Of a stretch of DNA of 64,000 nucleotides, positions 31,861-43,174 are shown one piece after another. The position numbers were made by a program, and so were the translations under genes. This stretch comes from Alphaproteobacteria bacterium (lineage in GTDB: Bacteria > Pseudomonadota > Alphaproteobacteria > CACIAM-22H2). Under the pieces are notes generated by a model. The model had not been told where the DNA came from. It made no database searches and saw nothing but the letters and a program-made list of their open reading frames with translations. The stretch's first letter is position 1. Each line of letters begins with the position of its first letter. The stretch spans positions 3,056 to 67,055 of the forward strand of contig DASWFO010000335.1 in NCBI GenBank assembly GCA_036394195.1. The letters are read 5' to 3'.

Positions 31861-32767
31861 TCCCCAAAATTCAGTCCACCCCATGCCGAACACCGACATT
31901 GCCTTGCCCGTCCCGCTGACGCCGCCCGCCGCCGCGCCGGCGCCGGCCAATCCCGCCCGCCGCCCGGTGTTGAAGCCGCTCCGGCCGCGCCGGCTTCCGC
32001 AGTCGCGGCTGTGGCCGACCTGGGCGACGGTCGTCATCCAGTTGGCGCTGCTGCTGGGCGCGCTCGGGTTCTGGCAGCTGGCGGCCGATTCCGGCCTGAT
32101 CGACTCGTTCTTCTGGTCGAAGCCGTCGGCGATCTTCGCCACGCTGGACACCTTCATCGTCGAGGGCGACGCTGGGATCGACGCTTGGTACACGTTCCGC
32201 GCCACCCTGATCGGCTTCTTCCTCGGCACCGCCGCCGGGACCGGCATCGGCCTGTCGTTCTGGTGGTCGCGCAATTACGCGGCGGTGATGCAGCCCTACA
32301 TCATTGCCTTCGAATCCACACCCAAGCTCGCGCTGGCGCCGCTGATCATTCTGGTGTTCGGCGTCGGCCTCGCGTCCAAGGTCGCGATCGGCACGGCGCT
32401 CACGGTGGTCGTCTCGACCCTCACCACCTATGCCGGCGTCAAGGCCGTCGACAGCGACAACGAGCGCCTCCTCTACTCGCTGGGTGCGCGGCGCTGGCAG
32501 GTCTTCACCAAGCTCGTCGTGCCGTCCGTCCTCCCGTGGGGCATCTCGGTGCTGCGCGTGAACATCGGCCTGGCACTCACCGGCAGTATCGTCGGCGAGT
32601 TCATCTCGTCGCAGCACGGGCTCGGCCGCGAGATCATGTACGCGGGCCAGACCTACGACATCGCCCTCGTCTGGGTGGCGGTCATGGTGCTCTCGACGCT
32701 CTCAGTCATCATGTATGTCGGCGTGTCCTGGCTTGAGAAGACGCTGCTCAAGGGCGTGAAGCGATGA
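31832..32767 (+). CDS. ABC transporter permease, NitT/TauT family
   Basis: BPD_transp_1 permease core (EST motif region FESTPKLALAPLIILVFGVGLASK). Start may be ATG 31883. Overlaps the ATPase gene. Confidence 0.8.
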   Translation: MTQPPRKPPDPQNSVHPMPNTDIALPVPLTPPAAAPAPANPARRPVLKPLRPRRLPQSRLWPTWATVVIQLALLLGALGFWQLAADSGLIDSFFWSKPSAIFATLDTFIVEGDAGIDAWYTFRATLIGFFLGTAAGTGIGLSFWWSRNYAAVMQPYIIAFESTPKLALAPLIILVFGVGLASKVAIGTALTVVVSTLTTYAGVKAVDSDNERLLYSLGARRWQVFTKLVVPSVLPWGISVLRVNIGLALTGSIVGEFISSQHGLGREIMYAGQTYDIALVWVAVMVLSTLSVIMYVGVSWLEKTLLKGVKR

Positions 32768-32810
32768 GCGCCGGCCGCGTCGCGGATTTCTGAACAGAGG
32801 AGAGTTGCTC

Positions 32811-33818
32811 ATGCCCCATATCCGGTCTCGACATATCGTGCGCGGGCTTGTCGCCGCCGCACTCGCCCTGGGCCTTCAGGGCTTCGCCGCCGCAGAGAGC
32901 ATGCCGGAGCTGCTGGTCGCCGAGCCGGTGCATCAGATCGGCTATCTGCCGCTCTATGTCGGCATCCATAAGGGCTTCTTCGAGGCCGAAGGCCAGAACG
33001 TGAAGATGATCACGATCGAGACCGGCAGCGGCCACACCAACGCGGTCCTGACCCGGCAGGCCTTCTCCTTCATCGGCGGTCCGGAGCACAACGCCTTCGC
33101 CAAGGCGAAGGGTGCGGAGCTGCGCGCGGTCGTGAATGTCGTCAACCGCGGCAACGTCTATTTCGTCGCTGCCCCGGATGCGAAGCCGGATCATGCGAAC
33201 CTCGCAGCCTTCGCCAAGGGCAAGCGGATCGCCACCGGCTTCTATAGCGGCACGCCGAATTCGATCACGCGCTTCATGCTGGGTCAGTGGCAGCTCGACG
33301 CTGGCAAAGACGTCACGCTCATCGAGACCACGACCGCGGCGATCCTCGCCTCCATGAAGGCCAAGCAGGCCGATATCGGGGTCATCAGCGAGCCGGGCCT
33401 GACCCAAGGTATCCGCGAGCACATCTGGGCGGAGCCGTTCTACAACGTGCCGAACGAGCTCGGCGACTACGCGTATTCGACCCTGAACGTGCGCAAGGAA
33501 TCGATCGACCAGGATCCGAAGCAGGTTGCCGGGTTCGTCCGCGGCGTCATGAAGGGCCTGCAGTACACCTACGCCCATCCGGCCGAGGCGGCCGAGATCG
33601 CGCGCAAATATTTCCCGACCATGTCGATCGAGGATCAGACCGCGACTCTCGACCGGACGTTCAAGGACAATCTGTGGAGCAAGGACGGCATGATCGACCG
33701 CGCGGCGTGGGACACCGCGAGCAAGGTCGTGCGCACGGCCGGCATCCTCAAGGTCGATGTCTCGTACGACGACATCATCGACATGCAGTTCGTGAAGGCC
33801 GCGTTGCCGACGCAGTGA
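32811..33818 (+). CDS. ABC transporter substrate-binding protein, NMT1/SsuA/ThiY-like
   Basis: AGAGGAGAG RBS. Signal peptide MPHIRSRHIVRGLVAAALALGLQGFAAA. NMT1-like periplasmic fold. 335 aa. Confidence 0.8.
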   Translation: MPHIRSRHIVRGLVAAALALGLQGFAAAESMPELLVAEPVHQIGYLPLYVGIHKGFFEAEGQNVKMITIETGSGHTNAVLTRQAFSFIGGPEHNAFAKAKGAELRAVVNVVNRGNVYFVAAPDAKPDHANLAAFAKGKRIATGFYSGTPNSITRFMLGQWQLDAGKDVTLIETTTAAILASMKAKQADIGVISEPGLTQGIREHIWAEPFYNVPNELGDYAYSTLNVRKESIDQDPKQVAGFVRGVMKGLQYTYAHPAEAAEIARKYFPTMSIEDQTATLDRTFKDNLWSKDGMIDRAAWDTASKVVRTAGILKVDVSYDDIIDMQFVKAALPTQ

Positions 33819-33844
33819 TTTCAATCCAAACTGGTGAGGAAAGG

Positions 33845-34618
33845 GAGACCCATATGAGCGAGCCGATCTGGAACAAATTTCTGACCGAGCGCGACAAGGC
33901 CGTCTTCGGCGGGGCCGGCTACGGGGCCCGCGCCGGCTTCGGCAAGCGCCCGGCGCTGCTGGTGATCGACGTTAATTACGCGTTCTGCGGCGAAAAGCCG
34001 GAGCCGATCTTGCAGTCGATCAAGCGGTGGCGGAACTCCTGCGGCGAGGACGCCTGGGTGGCGCTGAAGGTGCTGAAGAAGCTCATCCTGTCGGCCCGCG
34101 CCAAGGGCGTGCCGGTGATCTACACGACCGGCATCCGCCGCGACGACAACTGGGACAGCGGCAGCTGGTCGTGGAAGAACAACCGCAACGTCGAGGACGT
34201 CCACCCCGTCCAGTCGAATCTCGACGGCAACGAGATCATGCCCGACATCGCGCCGGGACCTCAAGACATCGTGATCAAAAAGCAGAAGCCGAGCGGCTTC
34301 TTTGGCACCAACCTCGCGAGCTACCTGGTCCTGCTCGGGTGCGACAGCGTGGTCGTCACCGGGACGACGACCAGCGGTTGTGTGCGCGCCACGGTGCTCG
34401 ACGCGTTCAGCAACAATTATCGCTGCACCGTCGTCGAGGACGGCTGCTTCGACCGCTCGCAGGCTTCGCACGCGATCAACCTGTGCGACATGAATGCGAA
34501 ATACTCCGATGTCGTGCCCAGCGACGAGGTCGTGACCTATTTCGACACGCTGCCACGCGGCCTCTTCAACCTGCCGTCCGGCGGGGTCCAGGCGTTGCCC
34601 AAGGCAGCCAACATGTAG
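33845..34618 (+). CDS. Isochorismatase-family cysteine hydrolase (N-carbamoylsarcosine amidase-like)
   Basis: GAGGAAAGGGAGA RBS. ALLVIDVNYAF, VVVTGTTTSGCVRAT catalytic Cys motif. 257 aa. Last gene of the ABC operon. Confidence 0.8.
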   Translation, partial: ETHMSEPIWNKFLTERDKAVFGGAGYGARAGFGKRPALLVIDVNYAFCGEKPEPILQSIKRWRNSCGEDAWVALKVLKKLILSARAKGVPVIYTTGIRRDDNWDSGSWSWKNNRNVEDVHPVQSNLDGNEIMPDIAPGPQDIVIKKQKPSGFFGTNLASYLVLLGCDSVVVTGTTTSGCVRATVLDAFSNNYRCTVVEDGCFDRSQASHAINLCDMNAKYSDVVPSDEVVTYFDTLPRGLFNLPSGGVQALPKAANM

Positions 34619-34667
34619 GGAGCGGGGAGCGTCGGTCCGCCGCGCCATTTTCATGGTGCGGCGGGCC

Positions 34668-34812
34668 GGCTAACCATGCCTGTCTTGTCCGTCATGCCCC
34701 GCGAAGGCGGGGCATCATGGTTCAGGCGGCACGATGGACTGCCCGGCCTTTGCGCTGCGTTCGCGGCCTTCAAGGCTGCGGACGGGCGCGAATCAAGACT
34801 GGCCGGGCAATG
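34668..34812. repeat. REP-like element with nested palindromes (CATGCCCCGCGAAGGCGGGGCATCATG core)
   Basis: Inverted repeats aaccatg...catggtt flanking atgccccgcgaaggcggggcat, and gactgcccggcc...ggccgggcaatgac. Same family as the element at 8085-8170. Confidence 0.55.
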
Positions 34813-34848
34813 ACGAAGAATGGATATGGCGCCTGGGTTTCGGGCGCT

Positions 34849-35613
34849 TTACCCCAGGTTGCCGAACAGCGGCTGGAACGCGTCTTCGGGCGTGCGGCCG
34901 AGTTTCGTGGCGAACAGCTCGTATTCCGGTTTGGTCAGGGTCCGCACCGGCTGGAACAGGTGCCGGAACATCTCAGTGAACTCGGACTCGCCGAACACCC
35001 ATTTGCCGGCCTTTGGGTTGGGCACGAAGACGTTGCTGGCGACGCCGATCGTGGTCGGCGAGTACTGCATCAGCCCGATGAACCACTGTTTGCGCGCGTC
35101 GAACCGCTTGAAGGCGTCGGCGATGCGCATCAGCACCTCGTACAGCACGAGCTTGGCGCGCGCGTCGGCGTAGAAGATGTCCCAGGTGAAATCCTCGCCT
35201 GCCTTGGCCTTGATCTCGTCATGCGCCGCGACGCAACGCTCCTGGAACGCATCAACGGCGTCGCCGAGCACGAGGCGGAGGAAATTGAAGAAATTCGGCA
35301 GCGCGTCGCGGCTGATCACCTCGGCGTCGAGCAGCGGATCAAGCGGGTGAGTGAGCACGCGGTGGAACATCTCGACACGCTGAGCATCGTGGGCCTGCGC
35401 GAGGGCGTGGGCGAGCGCCTGGCTCTGCACGTCGCTGAACGCGCGATCGAACAGCGCGTCGAAATCGGGGGAGCCCTTGAGCGCGTCCGCGACCCGCCGC
35501 AGGTCGGCCGCGTTGACCGGCCGGCCGGCGTAGCTTTGCTCGATGGCGCGGATGAAGGCGTCCAGCAACTCGTTGGCCGCGTCGCGGATCTGACGAGGGC
35601 CGGTGTTGGTCAT
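34849..35613 (-). CDS. Hypothetical protein (254 aa), no recognisable family
   Basis: ATG 35613 with AAGGA RBS. Predicted largely helical. The ORF-track N-extension is not supported. Confidence 0.55.
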   Translation of the reverse strand: MTNTGPRQIRDAANELLDAFIRAIEQSYAGRPVNAADLRRVADALKGSPDFDALFDRAFSDVQSQALAHALAQAHDAQRVEMFHRVLTHPLDPLLDAEVISRDALPNFFNFLRLVLGDAVDAFQERCVAAHDEIKAKAGEDFTWDIFYADARAKLVLYEVLMRIADAFKRFDARKQWFIGLMQYSPTTIGVASNVFVPNPKAGKWVFGESEFTEMFRHLFQPVRTLTKPEYELFATKLGRTPEDAFQPLFGNLG

Positions 35614-35851
35614 GCGCGCGGTTCCTTCGCTGCCGGACCCGGGGATCGCGAGCGCCAGGGCGCGCTCCCGAGCCGATTGCCGCACTATAGCTCTTAGGGC
35701 CGCTAAACGGACTACACTCATCGGCGTACACCCTTGCCCGAGGGCGGTCTTCGCCGCCCAACACCTTGGTTTCGTTGCCTCCAGAATTGATCAAATTCAC
35801 TTAAAATTTGTTTAAGTCTTTATTTACCGCGTCACGATAGGATCGTAGGCG

Positions 35852-36505
35852 ATGACCTACCAGTTCCCCGCTGCCGCCTGGCGTCCGAGCACCAAGCCGT
35901 CCGCCGGCTCCCCCGCCCAACCCCCCCTGGATCAAGCCGAGTTCGCCGCCAGCATCGCGGACGCGCTGTTTTCGTCGCCGGGTGCCACGCGGCGCCGGCC
36001 GAACCCGAAATCCGCCGCGGACATGCTGGCCGAGCTCGAATCGCAGGCCCGCGAGATCGTCGGTCTGGCCGGCGAGTCGACCGCGGTTGCGAGTTTCCGC
36101 ACCTTCACCGCGTATCGGACGTTCCGCGCCAAGCTCGCCGACTTTCAGACCTTCTGCGGCGTCATCGAAGGCTATCTCGGCCGCCTCGCTTTGCATCGCC
36201 GGGCCGAGCTCGAAGAGCGCTTCTATGCCCTGTGGGGCGCCATCTACCGACCCGCGCTGAAGGCCCTGGCCGGGTTCTTCGCGGTCATCGAGCGCGATGG
36301 CGTGATGCCGCTCGGCGCCCGCGAGATCCTCGAGGCCGAGATGCTGGCGCTCGAGACCATGTGCGGCGTCATGGCCGATCCTCGGTTCGGCGGCCACAAC
36401 GCCGAACTCGTGGCCGAGACCCAGGCGCTAATCGCCCGTGTCGGCAAGCTTGCCGACCGCGCCAGCTCCCTGCCCGAGCTCGTCGACACCCGCGACGCGG
36501 CGTAA
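35852..36505 (+). CDS. Hypothetical protein (217 aa), no recognisable family
   Basis: Divergent from the preceding hypothetical gene. Protein-like codon usage and composition, weak RBS. Confidence 0.5.
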   Translation: MTYQFPAAAWRPSTKPSAGSPAQPPLDQAEFAASIADALFSSPGATRRRPNPKSAADMLAELESQAREIVGLAGESTAVASFRTFTAYRTFRAKLADFQTFCGVIEGYLGRLALHRRAELEERFYALWGAIYRPALKALAGFFAVIERDGVMPLGAREILEAEMLALETMCGVMADPRFGGHNAELVAETQALIARVGKLADRASSLPELVDTRDAA

Positions 36506-36519
36506 AGCCAGCGTTCAGC

Positions 36520-36590
36520 CCTCAGCTGGTCAGCAATCAACAGCAGCGGGGAGCCGTCCGGCTGACGGCTGATAGCTGGCCGTTGCATCA
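36520..36590. repeat. Palindrome-containing motif (GTCAGCAATC ... CTGACGGCTGATAGCTG) upstream of lepA; an inverted copy lies downstream of lepA
   Basis: cagctggtcagcaatcaa...ccggctgacggctgatagctggccg. Compare 38462-38545 cagctatcagccgtcagcaatcgg...ctgatagctgacaagctg. Confidence 0.45.
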
Positions 36591-36625
36591 GCGGCCCCGG
36601 AACCTTATGTTCCCGCCCTTCCCCT

Positions 36626-38461
<1,836 letters not shown>

Positions 38462-38545
38462 CTGGGATAGCCGTCAGCTATCAGCCGTCAGCAATCGGCC
38501 AGGCACGGCTCTTCTGATAGCTGACAAGCTGAAGGCTGACCGCTT
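38462..38545. repeat. Inverted copy of the lepA-flanking palindromic motif; contains hairpin GATAGCCGTCAGCTATC
   Basis: See 36520-36590. May also act as the lepA terminator. Confidence 0.45.
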
Positions 38546-38546
38546 C

Positions 38547-38858
38547 TTACCCAAACCCGCTCTTGCGTTTGCGCCTGCGCCTGCCGGACAGAATCCCCAG
38601 GATCACCGCCAAGCCGATCAGCACCAGCCATGCCGGCCAGACCAGCAGCGGAAAGATGACGTCCTGCCACAGGAACGGGTGAATGTAGCGCTCGATCACC
38701 GCCTGGACGAGGTTCAGCGACCCGCGGTCGATCGTGTACCACAGCGCGCCGATCTCAGTCGGACTGTAGGCGCCGGTTTTCAGATAGATCAGGCCGTCGT
38801 GGCCGGCCGCGATCAGCGCCAGCAACAGCAGGATCCAGGCGACACTCCGCCCGACCAT
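38547..38858 (-). CDS. Small membrane protein (103 aa), unknown function
   Basis: Two or three TM helices and a basic C-terminal tail RRRRKRKSGFG. Confidence 0.4.
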   Translation of the reverse strand: MVGRSVAWILLLLALIAAGHDGLIYLKTGAYSPTEIGALWYTIDRGSLNLVQAVIERYIHPFLWQDVIFPLLVWPAWLVLIGLAVILGILSGRRRRKRKSGFG

Positions 38859-39079
38859 GTGGCCTCCCGTTCGGCTGCGGCGACCCGACTCGACACACCG
38901 TCTCGTGGGCGGGACCTTAACAAAATGACGCAGCCCTCTCCACCGGGCGCAATTCGTGCCAAAATCTAGGTGTTTTCCTGGACGAAACTCAGGTTTTAAT
39001 GGGAGTCCACGCCCTCGGGCGGCACGCTAGGCTGCGCCCCGGGTGAACCCTGAGGGCTTAAAAAGACCTTTAAAAATCA

Positions 39080-39334
39080 GTGACTAAGGAGGAGACGGTG
39101 AACGAAGAATTGGCCAAGCTCAAAAATGAGATCCAGCGCGCCGGACTGACCGCCCCGGCCATCCAGTCGCGGCTGGTCCGGCCCGACCGGCTGCGGGCGT
39201 TGCGTATTCGCCTGCGGACCTTTCTTGATACCTACCGGCGCGCCTTGCCGCACACGGAAGCCGTGAGCGTGCGCACCTGGATCGAAAAGGTCGACCGTGC
39301 CATTGCCGACGTGTCGGCGCGCCAGCGCGCCTGA
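39080..39334 (+). CDS. Small hypothetical protein (~80 aa)
   Basis: Strong AAGGAGGAG SD at 39086-39094. Start codon ambiguous (GTG 39080, GTG 39098 or TTG 39110). Helical, basic. Confidence 0.35.
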   Translation: MTKEETVNEELAKLKNEIQRAGLTAPAIQSRLVRPDRLRALRIRLRTFLDTYRRALPHTEAVSVRTWIEKVDRAIADVSARQRA

Positions 39335-39531
39335 TCCGTCGTCCTGAACCTGACCCCTCCGGTCCCCCCCGGAGGGGTCAAGGTTTGTGGCGCCCGTTAC
39401 TTCGGCGGGTTGAATTCCTTCCACGGGTCTTTCACCCGCGCGATCGTCTCGAACTCGATATTGGCCAGCTTGCCGTCCGGCTGGCGCGTCCGAAAACCGC
39501 GATTAGCTGCTACACTCGCGGCCGAGGCGCC

Positions 39532-40683
39532 ATGGATTTCACGCTCAGCGAAGGGCAGCGTCTGTTTACTGAAGCGGTCCGGCGCTTTGCGCAGACCCGC
39601 CTCCCTGCCGACGCGTTGAAGCGCGCCCACGATCCGCGCTTTCCGTTCGATGTCGCCAAAATGGCGGCGGACCAGGGGCTCCTCGGTATCACGCTGCCCG
39701 AGGCCGATGGCGGGCAAGGTGGCTCGCTGTTCGATGCAGTGATCGCGATCGAGCAGGTGGCGCTGGCGTGCCCGCGCAGCGCCGACGTCATCCAGGCCGG
39801 CAATTTCGGTCCGATCCGCACCTTGGCTGAATATGCCAACCCGGCGCAGAAGAAGCGGTTCCTGCCCGACCTGCTCGCCGGGCGCGCGGTGATCAGCCTC
39901 GGCATGAGCGAGCCGGAGGCGGGCTCGGCCGTCACAGATCTCCAGACGACCGCCCGCCCCGAGGGCGGCGGCTACGTGATCAGCGGCAGCAAGGTGTTCT
40001 CGACCCACAGTGCCGACGCGGCGCTGTTCCTGGTCTATGTGCGCTTCGGCCCGGGTGTCGAGGGCATCGGCTCGGTGGTGGTGGAGCGCGGGACGCCGGG
40101 GTTCACCATCGGGCGGCCATCGGCCTTCATGAGCGACGAAGAGTGGCGTCAGCTCTATTTCGAGGACTGCCGTATCCCGGCAGAGAACGTCCTGTTGGGG
40201 GCGGGGGGCTTCAAGAAGCAGATCGCCGGCTTCAATGTCGAGCGCATCGGCAACGCGGCGCGGTCGCTGGCGCTCGGCCGGCATGCGTTCAATCTCGCCC
40301 GCGAGCACGCCCTGTCCCGCCGCCAGTTCGGCCGGCCGCTCTGCGACTTCCAGGGGCTGCAGTGGAAGTTCGCCGATATGGCGATGAAGCTCGATGCCGC
40401 CCAGTTGCTGCTTTATCGCGCCGCCGCCAATGCCGACGAGAACGGCCTGCCGTCCGCGTATGAGACCGCCGCCGCGAAAGCGTATTGCAACCAGGCGGGG
40501 TTCGAGGTGGCGAACGAGGCGGTGCAGGTCATGGGCGGTCTCGGCTACAGCCGCGAGTCGCTCGCCGAGTATTGCATGCGCCGCACCCGCGGGTGGATGA
40601 TCGCGGGCGGCTCCGTCGAGATGATGAAGAACCGGATCGCCGAACACGTGTTCGACCGCCGATTCGATCAGCGTCGGACTTGA
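39532..40683 (+). CDS. Acyl-CoA dehydrogenase family protein
   Basis: 383 aa. ACAD N/M/C domains; MSEPEAGSAVTDLQTTA, GSKVFSTHS, YCNQAGFEVANEAVQVMGGLGY. Confidence 0.85.
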   Translation: MDFTLSEGQRLFTEAVRRFAQTRLPADALKRAHDPRFPFDVAKMAADQGLLGITLPEADGGQGGSLFDAVIAIEQVALACPRSADVIQAGNFGPIRTLAEYANPAQKKRFLPDLLAGRAVISLGMSEPEAGSAVTDLQTTARPEGGGYVISGSKVFSTHSADAALFLVYVRFGPGVEGIGSVVVERGTPGFTIGRPSAFMSDEEWRQLYFEDCRIPAENVLLGAGGFKKQIAGFNVERIGNAARSLALGRHAFNLAREHALSRRQFGRPLCDFQGLQWKFADMAMKLDAAQLLLYRAAANADENGLPSAYETAAAKAYCNQAGFEVANEAVQVMGGLGYSRESLAEYCMRRTRGWMIAGGSVEMMKNRIAEHVFDRRFDQRRT

Positions 40684-40710
40684 ACGAATAAGCTGCGAGG
40701 GGAGGATACG

Positions 40711-41712
40711 ATGCGGAAGATCACGGCACTGGTCGTGCTGATGATGGCCGTGCTCGGCGCCGCGGCGGGGGCGCGGGCCGAGGTCAACGAACTGAGGATC
40801 GGGCTGCAGTTCGGGTTCATCTATCTGCCGGCGACCGTCGCGGTGGAAGAGAAGTTCATCGACAAGCGGGCCGAAGCCGAAGGGCTCGGCGCGGTCAAGG
40901 TGACGATCAGCCGGTTCAGCGGCTCGACGGCCATCAACGACGCGGTGCTCTCCGGCAACGTCGACCTCGGCGCCTATGGATTGCCGGGTATGCTGATCGT
41001 GTGGGACAAGACGCGCGGCCGCCAGGACGTGCGCGGCGTTGCCGCCTTCGGCCGCAATGCGTTCGTCGTCGTCACCAACAAGCCGGCGATCAAGAGCCTC
41101 AAGGATTTCGGCGACGACGACCGGATATCGCTGCCGGCGACGAACTCGCCGCAGGCGATCCTTCTGAAAATGGCTTCGGAAAAGCTTTACGGCCCCGGCA
41201 ACGTGTCGCATTTCGACACGATGATGGTGGCGCTGCCGCATCCCGATTCGGCAAACGCGCTGCTGTCGGGGAACACGATCAGCGGTTATGTGTCCACGCC
41301 GCCGTTCCAGCAGTTCCTGCTGCGCGACAGCCGCATCCACGCCGTGGCGACAGCCCGCGAGATCCTGGACGGCGAGGAGGCGACCGGCGTCATCCTCGGC
41401 GGTGCCCGCAAGTTCGTCGAGGACAACCCCAAGGTCACGCGCGCCCTCTATTTGGCGCTGGATGACGCGATGCATTTCATCCGCGCCAATCGCGCCCGCG
41501 CCGCGGAGATCTATATCGCGTCCGAGAACTCGAAGCTGTCGAAGAACGACGTCCAGGAGATGCTGGGCGACGGCTCGACCGAGTTCGACGTGGCGCCGCA
41601 CGGCTTGAAGCGCTTCGCCGACTTCATGAAGAAGATCGGCATGCTCGGCCAGTCGCCCGAGCACTGGAAGGAGACGTTCTTCCCGGTGGCCTATGGCCGC
41701 ATCGGCAGCTAG
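40711..41712 (+). CDS. NMT1/SsuA-like periplasmic substrate-binding protein
   Basis: Signal peptide MRKITALVVLMMAVLGAAAGARA. NMT1-like fold. No cognate permease/ATPase adjacent. Confidence 0.7.
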   Translation: MRKITALVVLMMAVLGAAAGARAEVNELRIGLQFGFIYLPATVAVEEKFIDKRAEAEGLGAVKVTISRFSGSTAINDAVLSGNVDLGAYGLPGMLIVWDKTRGRQDVRGVAAFGRNAFVVVTNKPAIKSLKDFGDDDRISLPATNSPQAILLKMASEKLYGPGNVSHFDTMMVALPHPDSANALLSGNTISGYVSTPPFQQFLLRDSRIHAVATAREILDGEEATGVILGGARKFVEDNPKVTRALYLALDDAMHFIRANRARAAEIYIASENSKLSKNDVQEMLGDGSTEFDVAPHGLKRFADFMKKIGMLGQSPEHWKETFFPVAYGRIGS

Positions 41713-41738
41713 GCTGTCGCCATCCAAGGAGGCGTGAC

Positions 41739-43130
41739 ATGGCATCCCCATCCCGCTGGCCGGATCTCGCGAGCTTTGCGCTGGGCCTCGCCGACGCGGA
41801 CGTCCCCGACGAGGCGCGGCGCAAGGCCGTCGATGCGATGACCGATGCCCTCGCCTGCGCGCTGGCCGGCAGCGTCTCCGAGGTGGCACTGCCGATCCTG
41901 CGGGCGTTGGGCATCGGCCCGGGGTCGGCGGCCGGCGGCGCGGCGTTGCTCGGAGCCGGCCGGACGGCGGCTCCGGCGGATGCGGCGCTCTACAATGGCA
42001 CGATCACCCACGCGCTCGATTACGACGACGTGACGCACCCCGCCTACAGCCATCCGTCGACAGTGCTGATGCCGGCGCTGTTCGCGCTGGCTGCGGAGGC
42101 CCGGTCGACCGGGCGCGACATCGTCACCGCCTATATCGTCGGGCTGGAGATCTTCGGCAAGCTCGGCCGGGCGCTGAACACGACGCATTATCGCGCCGGC
42201 TGGCACGCCACCTCGACGTTCGGAAGCATCGCCGCCGCTATCGCGGCCGCACGGCTGCTGAAGCTGACCCCGGCGCAGCTGAGCTCGGCGATCGGCATGG
42301 CCGCCTCGGCGTCGTCCGGCCTCCGCGCCAATTTCGGGACCATGACCAAGCCGCTCCACGCCGGCTATGCGGCGCGGAACGCGGTGCTGGCGGTCAAGCT
42401 GGCGCGCGAGGGCTTCACCGCCAGCGCCGAGGCGCTAACCCACAGGTTCGGCTTCGCGCAGACCTTCAACGCCGGCCGCGCCATCAGGTGGGAGGAATTT
42501 CGCAACTGGGGCGAGCCGTTCGAAATCCTGAGCGAGTTCGGCATCGGCCTGAAGCCGTTCCCGAGCTGTGCCGCGACCCATACCGGCATCGAGGCGGCGC
42601 TGCTGCTGCGCCAGGAGATCGGGGGCGCCATCGATCGCATCCGCTCGATCCGTGCCGGGGTGGCCGAGATGTCGCTGGAGCCGCTGATCCACGTCAAGCC
42701 GAGCACGCTCCTCGAAGGCAAGTTCAGCATGCACTACTGCATTGCCTCGGCGCTGATGGACGGGCAGGTCGATCTTTCGACCTTCACCGAGGCCAAGCTC
42801 GCGCGTCCGCAAATCGCCGATCTGATCGGCCGCACGCAAATGGAGGTGGACGACCGGGTGCGCCACAGTGGGGAGTTTGCGTCGGTCGTGTCCTTCACCC
42901 TGGACGACGGGAGCCGGCGCGAAAAGCTCGTCGAGCTCGCGATGGGCAAGCCGCAGCGCTGGTTCTCTCACGAACGGCTGCGGCAGAAGTTCATGGAGTG
43001 CGGCGCCGGCATTCTTCCGGCCGAACGGCTCGACGACGCGTTTGCGGCGGCGCAGAGCCTCGACCGGCTGCCCAACATCGACTCGCTGCTGGGCCATTTG
43101 TCCATCGCCAAAGCCGCGGCAGCGGAGTAA
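41739..43130 (+). CDS. MmgE/PrpD-family protein (2-methylcitrate dehydratase-like)
   Basis: 463 aa with MmgE/PrpD N- and C-domain signatures (DALACALAGS..., YDDVTHPAYSHPSTVLMPA). Confidence 0.8.
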   Translation: MASPSRWPDLASFALGLADADVPDEARRKAVDAMTDALACALAGSVSEVALPILRALGIGPGSAAGGAALLGAGRTAAPADAALYNGTITHALDYDDVTHPAYSHPSTVLMPALFALAAEARSTGRDIVTAYIVGLEIFGKLGRALNTTHYRAGWHATSTFGSIAAAIAAARLLKLTPAQLSSAIGMAASASSGLRANFGTMTKPLHAGYAARNAVLAVKLAREGFTASAEALTHRFGFAQTFNAGRAIRWEEFRNWGEPFEILSEFGIGLKPFPSCAATHTGIEAALLLRQEIGGAIDRIRSIRAGVAEMSLEPLIHVKPSTLLEGKFSMHYCIASALMDGQVDLSTFTEAKLARPQIADLIGRTQMEVDDRVRHSGEFASVVSFTLDDGSRREKLVELAMGKPQRWFSHERLRQKFMECGAGILPAERLDDAFAAAQSLDRLPNIDSLLGHLSIAKAAAAE

Positions 43131-43174
43131 ACGCTTCGGTCTCCGCTCCGCTCCACCAGTCTTGGCATGATGGC

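Noticed and set aside
39397-41889. 830-aa minus-strand ORF
   Set aside because: Antisense to acyl-CoA dehydrogenase and NMT1-like genes, which have clear family signatures.
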